This document shows positions 62,824 through 64,000 of a DNA stretch of 64,000 nt, piece after piece. The notes beneath the pieces were generated by a model. The model had not been told where the DNA came from, made no database searches, and saw only the letters and a program-made list of their open reading frames with translations. Source of the stretch: an uncultured delta proteobacterium (GTDB lineage: Bacteria > Myxococcota_A > Polyangia > Polyangiales > Polyangiaceae); assembly GCA_963782055.1 (NCBI GenBank), contig CAWAIF010000003.1:6624001-6688000 (forward strand), written 5' to 3'. How positions within the stretch are numbered: the first letter of the stretch is position 1; each line of letters starts with the position of its first letter. Made by a program: the position numbers and the translations under genes.

Positions 62824-64000
62824 TCACCGGACGCGCGCCGAGGGGCCGCGGACCCGCACCACGGTGCCCGGCTCGCCGGGATAAGGCAGGACGGCGCTCC
62901 ACCCCGCCGGCAGGTGAGGTGCGGTGAAGCCGAAGAGCCAGCTCGCGTCGGCGGGGGCGAGGTTGACGCAGCCGTGGCTCTTCTTGCGACCGAAGGCGTC
63001 GTGCCAGAAGACGCCGTGCAGGGCGATGTCCTTGTCGAAGAACTGCACGTACGGCACGTCCTCGAGCGAGTAGCGATGGTCGGGGTCGTCCTCGTCCGTG
63101 GTGTCGGCGTCGGAGCTGGAGCCCAGGTTGTCCATCGTGCTGGCGGTGAGCTTGACCCAGATGCGGAAGACGCCCGGGCGCGTCGCGCTGGCCGTGCCGG
63201 GGGCGCCTCGGCCCGTCGAGACGAGGGTGGCGTAGACGGGGGTCTTGCCCTCGTAGGCCACGAGCGTCTGACGCGCGATGTCCACGTCCACCCACCGCTC
63301 GTGCGGGCCGGTCACCTCCGCGGGCGGCGCGGTGAGCTCGGGGTGCGCCAGATCGCGCGCCGCCATCCACAGTGTGGGCGTCACGCCGTCGTCGGAGATG
63401 CGCACCATGACGCCGCCGCGTGTCGCGCGCTCCTCCCGCCAGGGCACCACCTCGCGACGCACCTTGGAGTCCTGCGGCTTGCTGCGGTTCATCGACGCCC
63501 AGACGCGGGCGCGCTCCGGGATGACCCACGCGAAGTCCAGGTCGCCTCGCTGCTCGCCGCGGAAGGCGGACGGGCGCGCGGCGCCCAGCTCGCGCAGCGC
63601 GACCCACGGGCCGTGGTGCGTGTGCCCCCACACCTCGCCGAAGGCGGCGCGCTCCTGATCGACCGCGACGGCGAAGCCGGGGTCGAGCTGCTCGTCCGGC
63701 GCGTCGTCCTGCGCGCGGGCGAGGTCCAAGAAACCGTCCGCGCCGTTCTTGCCCACGAAGAAATAGCGGTAGGGGAGCGTGCCGGCGGGCACGCCGGACG
63801 ACGCGGGCATCGGCTCCTCCGGGCTCAGGTCCGCCGCCGCGCCGCAGACCCAGGCCGACGGGCCGACCTCCAGCCAGCGTCCGGCGCACGAAGGCCCGCG
63901 CCGCGCGGCGAAGAGCGGCAGGCGGACGCCGCGCAGGGTGGTCCCGCGCTTGGCGTCCGGCTTGCCGGGCGCGGCGACGATGGGCGTCTCGCCGTGCTTC
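62824..64000 (-). CDS. L,D-transpeptidase (YkuD) family; 5' end outside the window
   Basis: WVDVDIARQTLVAYEG, VSTG and ALHGVFWHDAFGRKKSHGCVNL motifs; frame stays open to the window edge. Confidence 0.9.
   Translation of the reverse strand, partial: KHGETPIVAAPGKPDAKRGTTLRGVRLPLFAARRGPSCAGRWLEVGPSAWVCGAAADLSPEEPMPASSGVPAGTLPYRYFFVGKNGADGFLDLARAQDDAPDEQLDPGFAVAVDQERAAFGEVWGHTHHGPWVALRELGAARPSAFRGEQRGDLDFAWVIPERARVWASMNRSKPQDSKVRREVVPWREERATRGGVMVRISDDGVTPTLWMAARDLAHPELTAPPAEVTGPHERWVDVDIARQTLVAYEGKTPVYATLVSTGRGAPGTASATRPGVFRIWVKLTASTMDNLGSSSDADTTDEDDPDHRYSLEDVPYVQFFDKDIALHGVFWHDAFGRKKSHGCVNLAPADASWLFGFTAPHLPAGWSAVLPYPGEPGTVVRVRGPSARVR

Overview
High-GC myxobacterial chromosome segment, probably Polyangiaceae/Sorangiineae-like judging by the 16S sequence and gene content. 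Positions 1-52412 are mostly core genome: tRNA-Arg(ACG)-tadA, a complete minus-strand rrn operon with three tandem sigma70 promoters, ttcA, pepA, ftsK, rph-rdgB-atpIBE, kup and a K+ channel, pssA, cpoB-LysM, and several Ser/Thr kinases. The main finding is an ~7.9 kb accessory island (52438-60359) bracketed by ~190-bp structured inverted repeats. It encodes a DUF2130-like protein, a membrane Ser/Thr kinase and an FHA-sigma54 activator. It has two sigma54 promoters with the same upstream layout: paired GATCGCG(A/C)TC palindromes 31 bp apart, the proximal one 76-77 bp before the -24 GG. One promoter precedes the DUF2130-kinase-activator genes; the other precedes a TPR-like/HicA-like/Gly-rich microprotein operon. 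This looks like a self-contained, kinase-gated toxin or defence circuit (inference). Other points: a candidate sigma54-dependent sRNA (1113-1338), an intergenic tandem-repeat array upstream of rrn, and several single-base frameshifts next to GATC that are probably sequencing artefacts. All family assignments are from motif recognition, not database searches.
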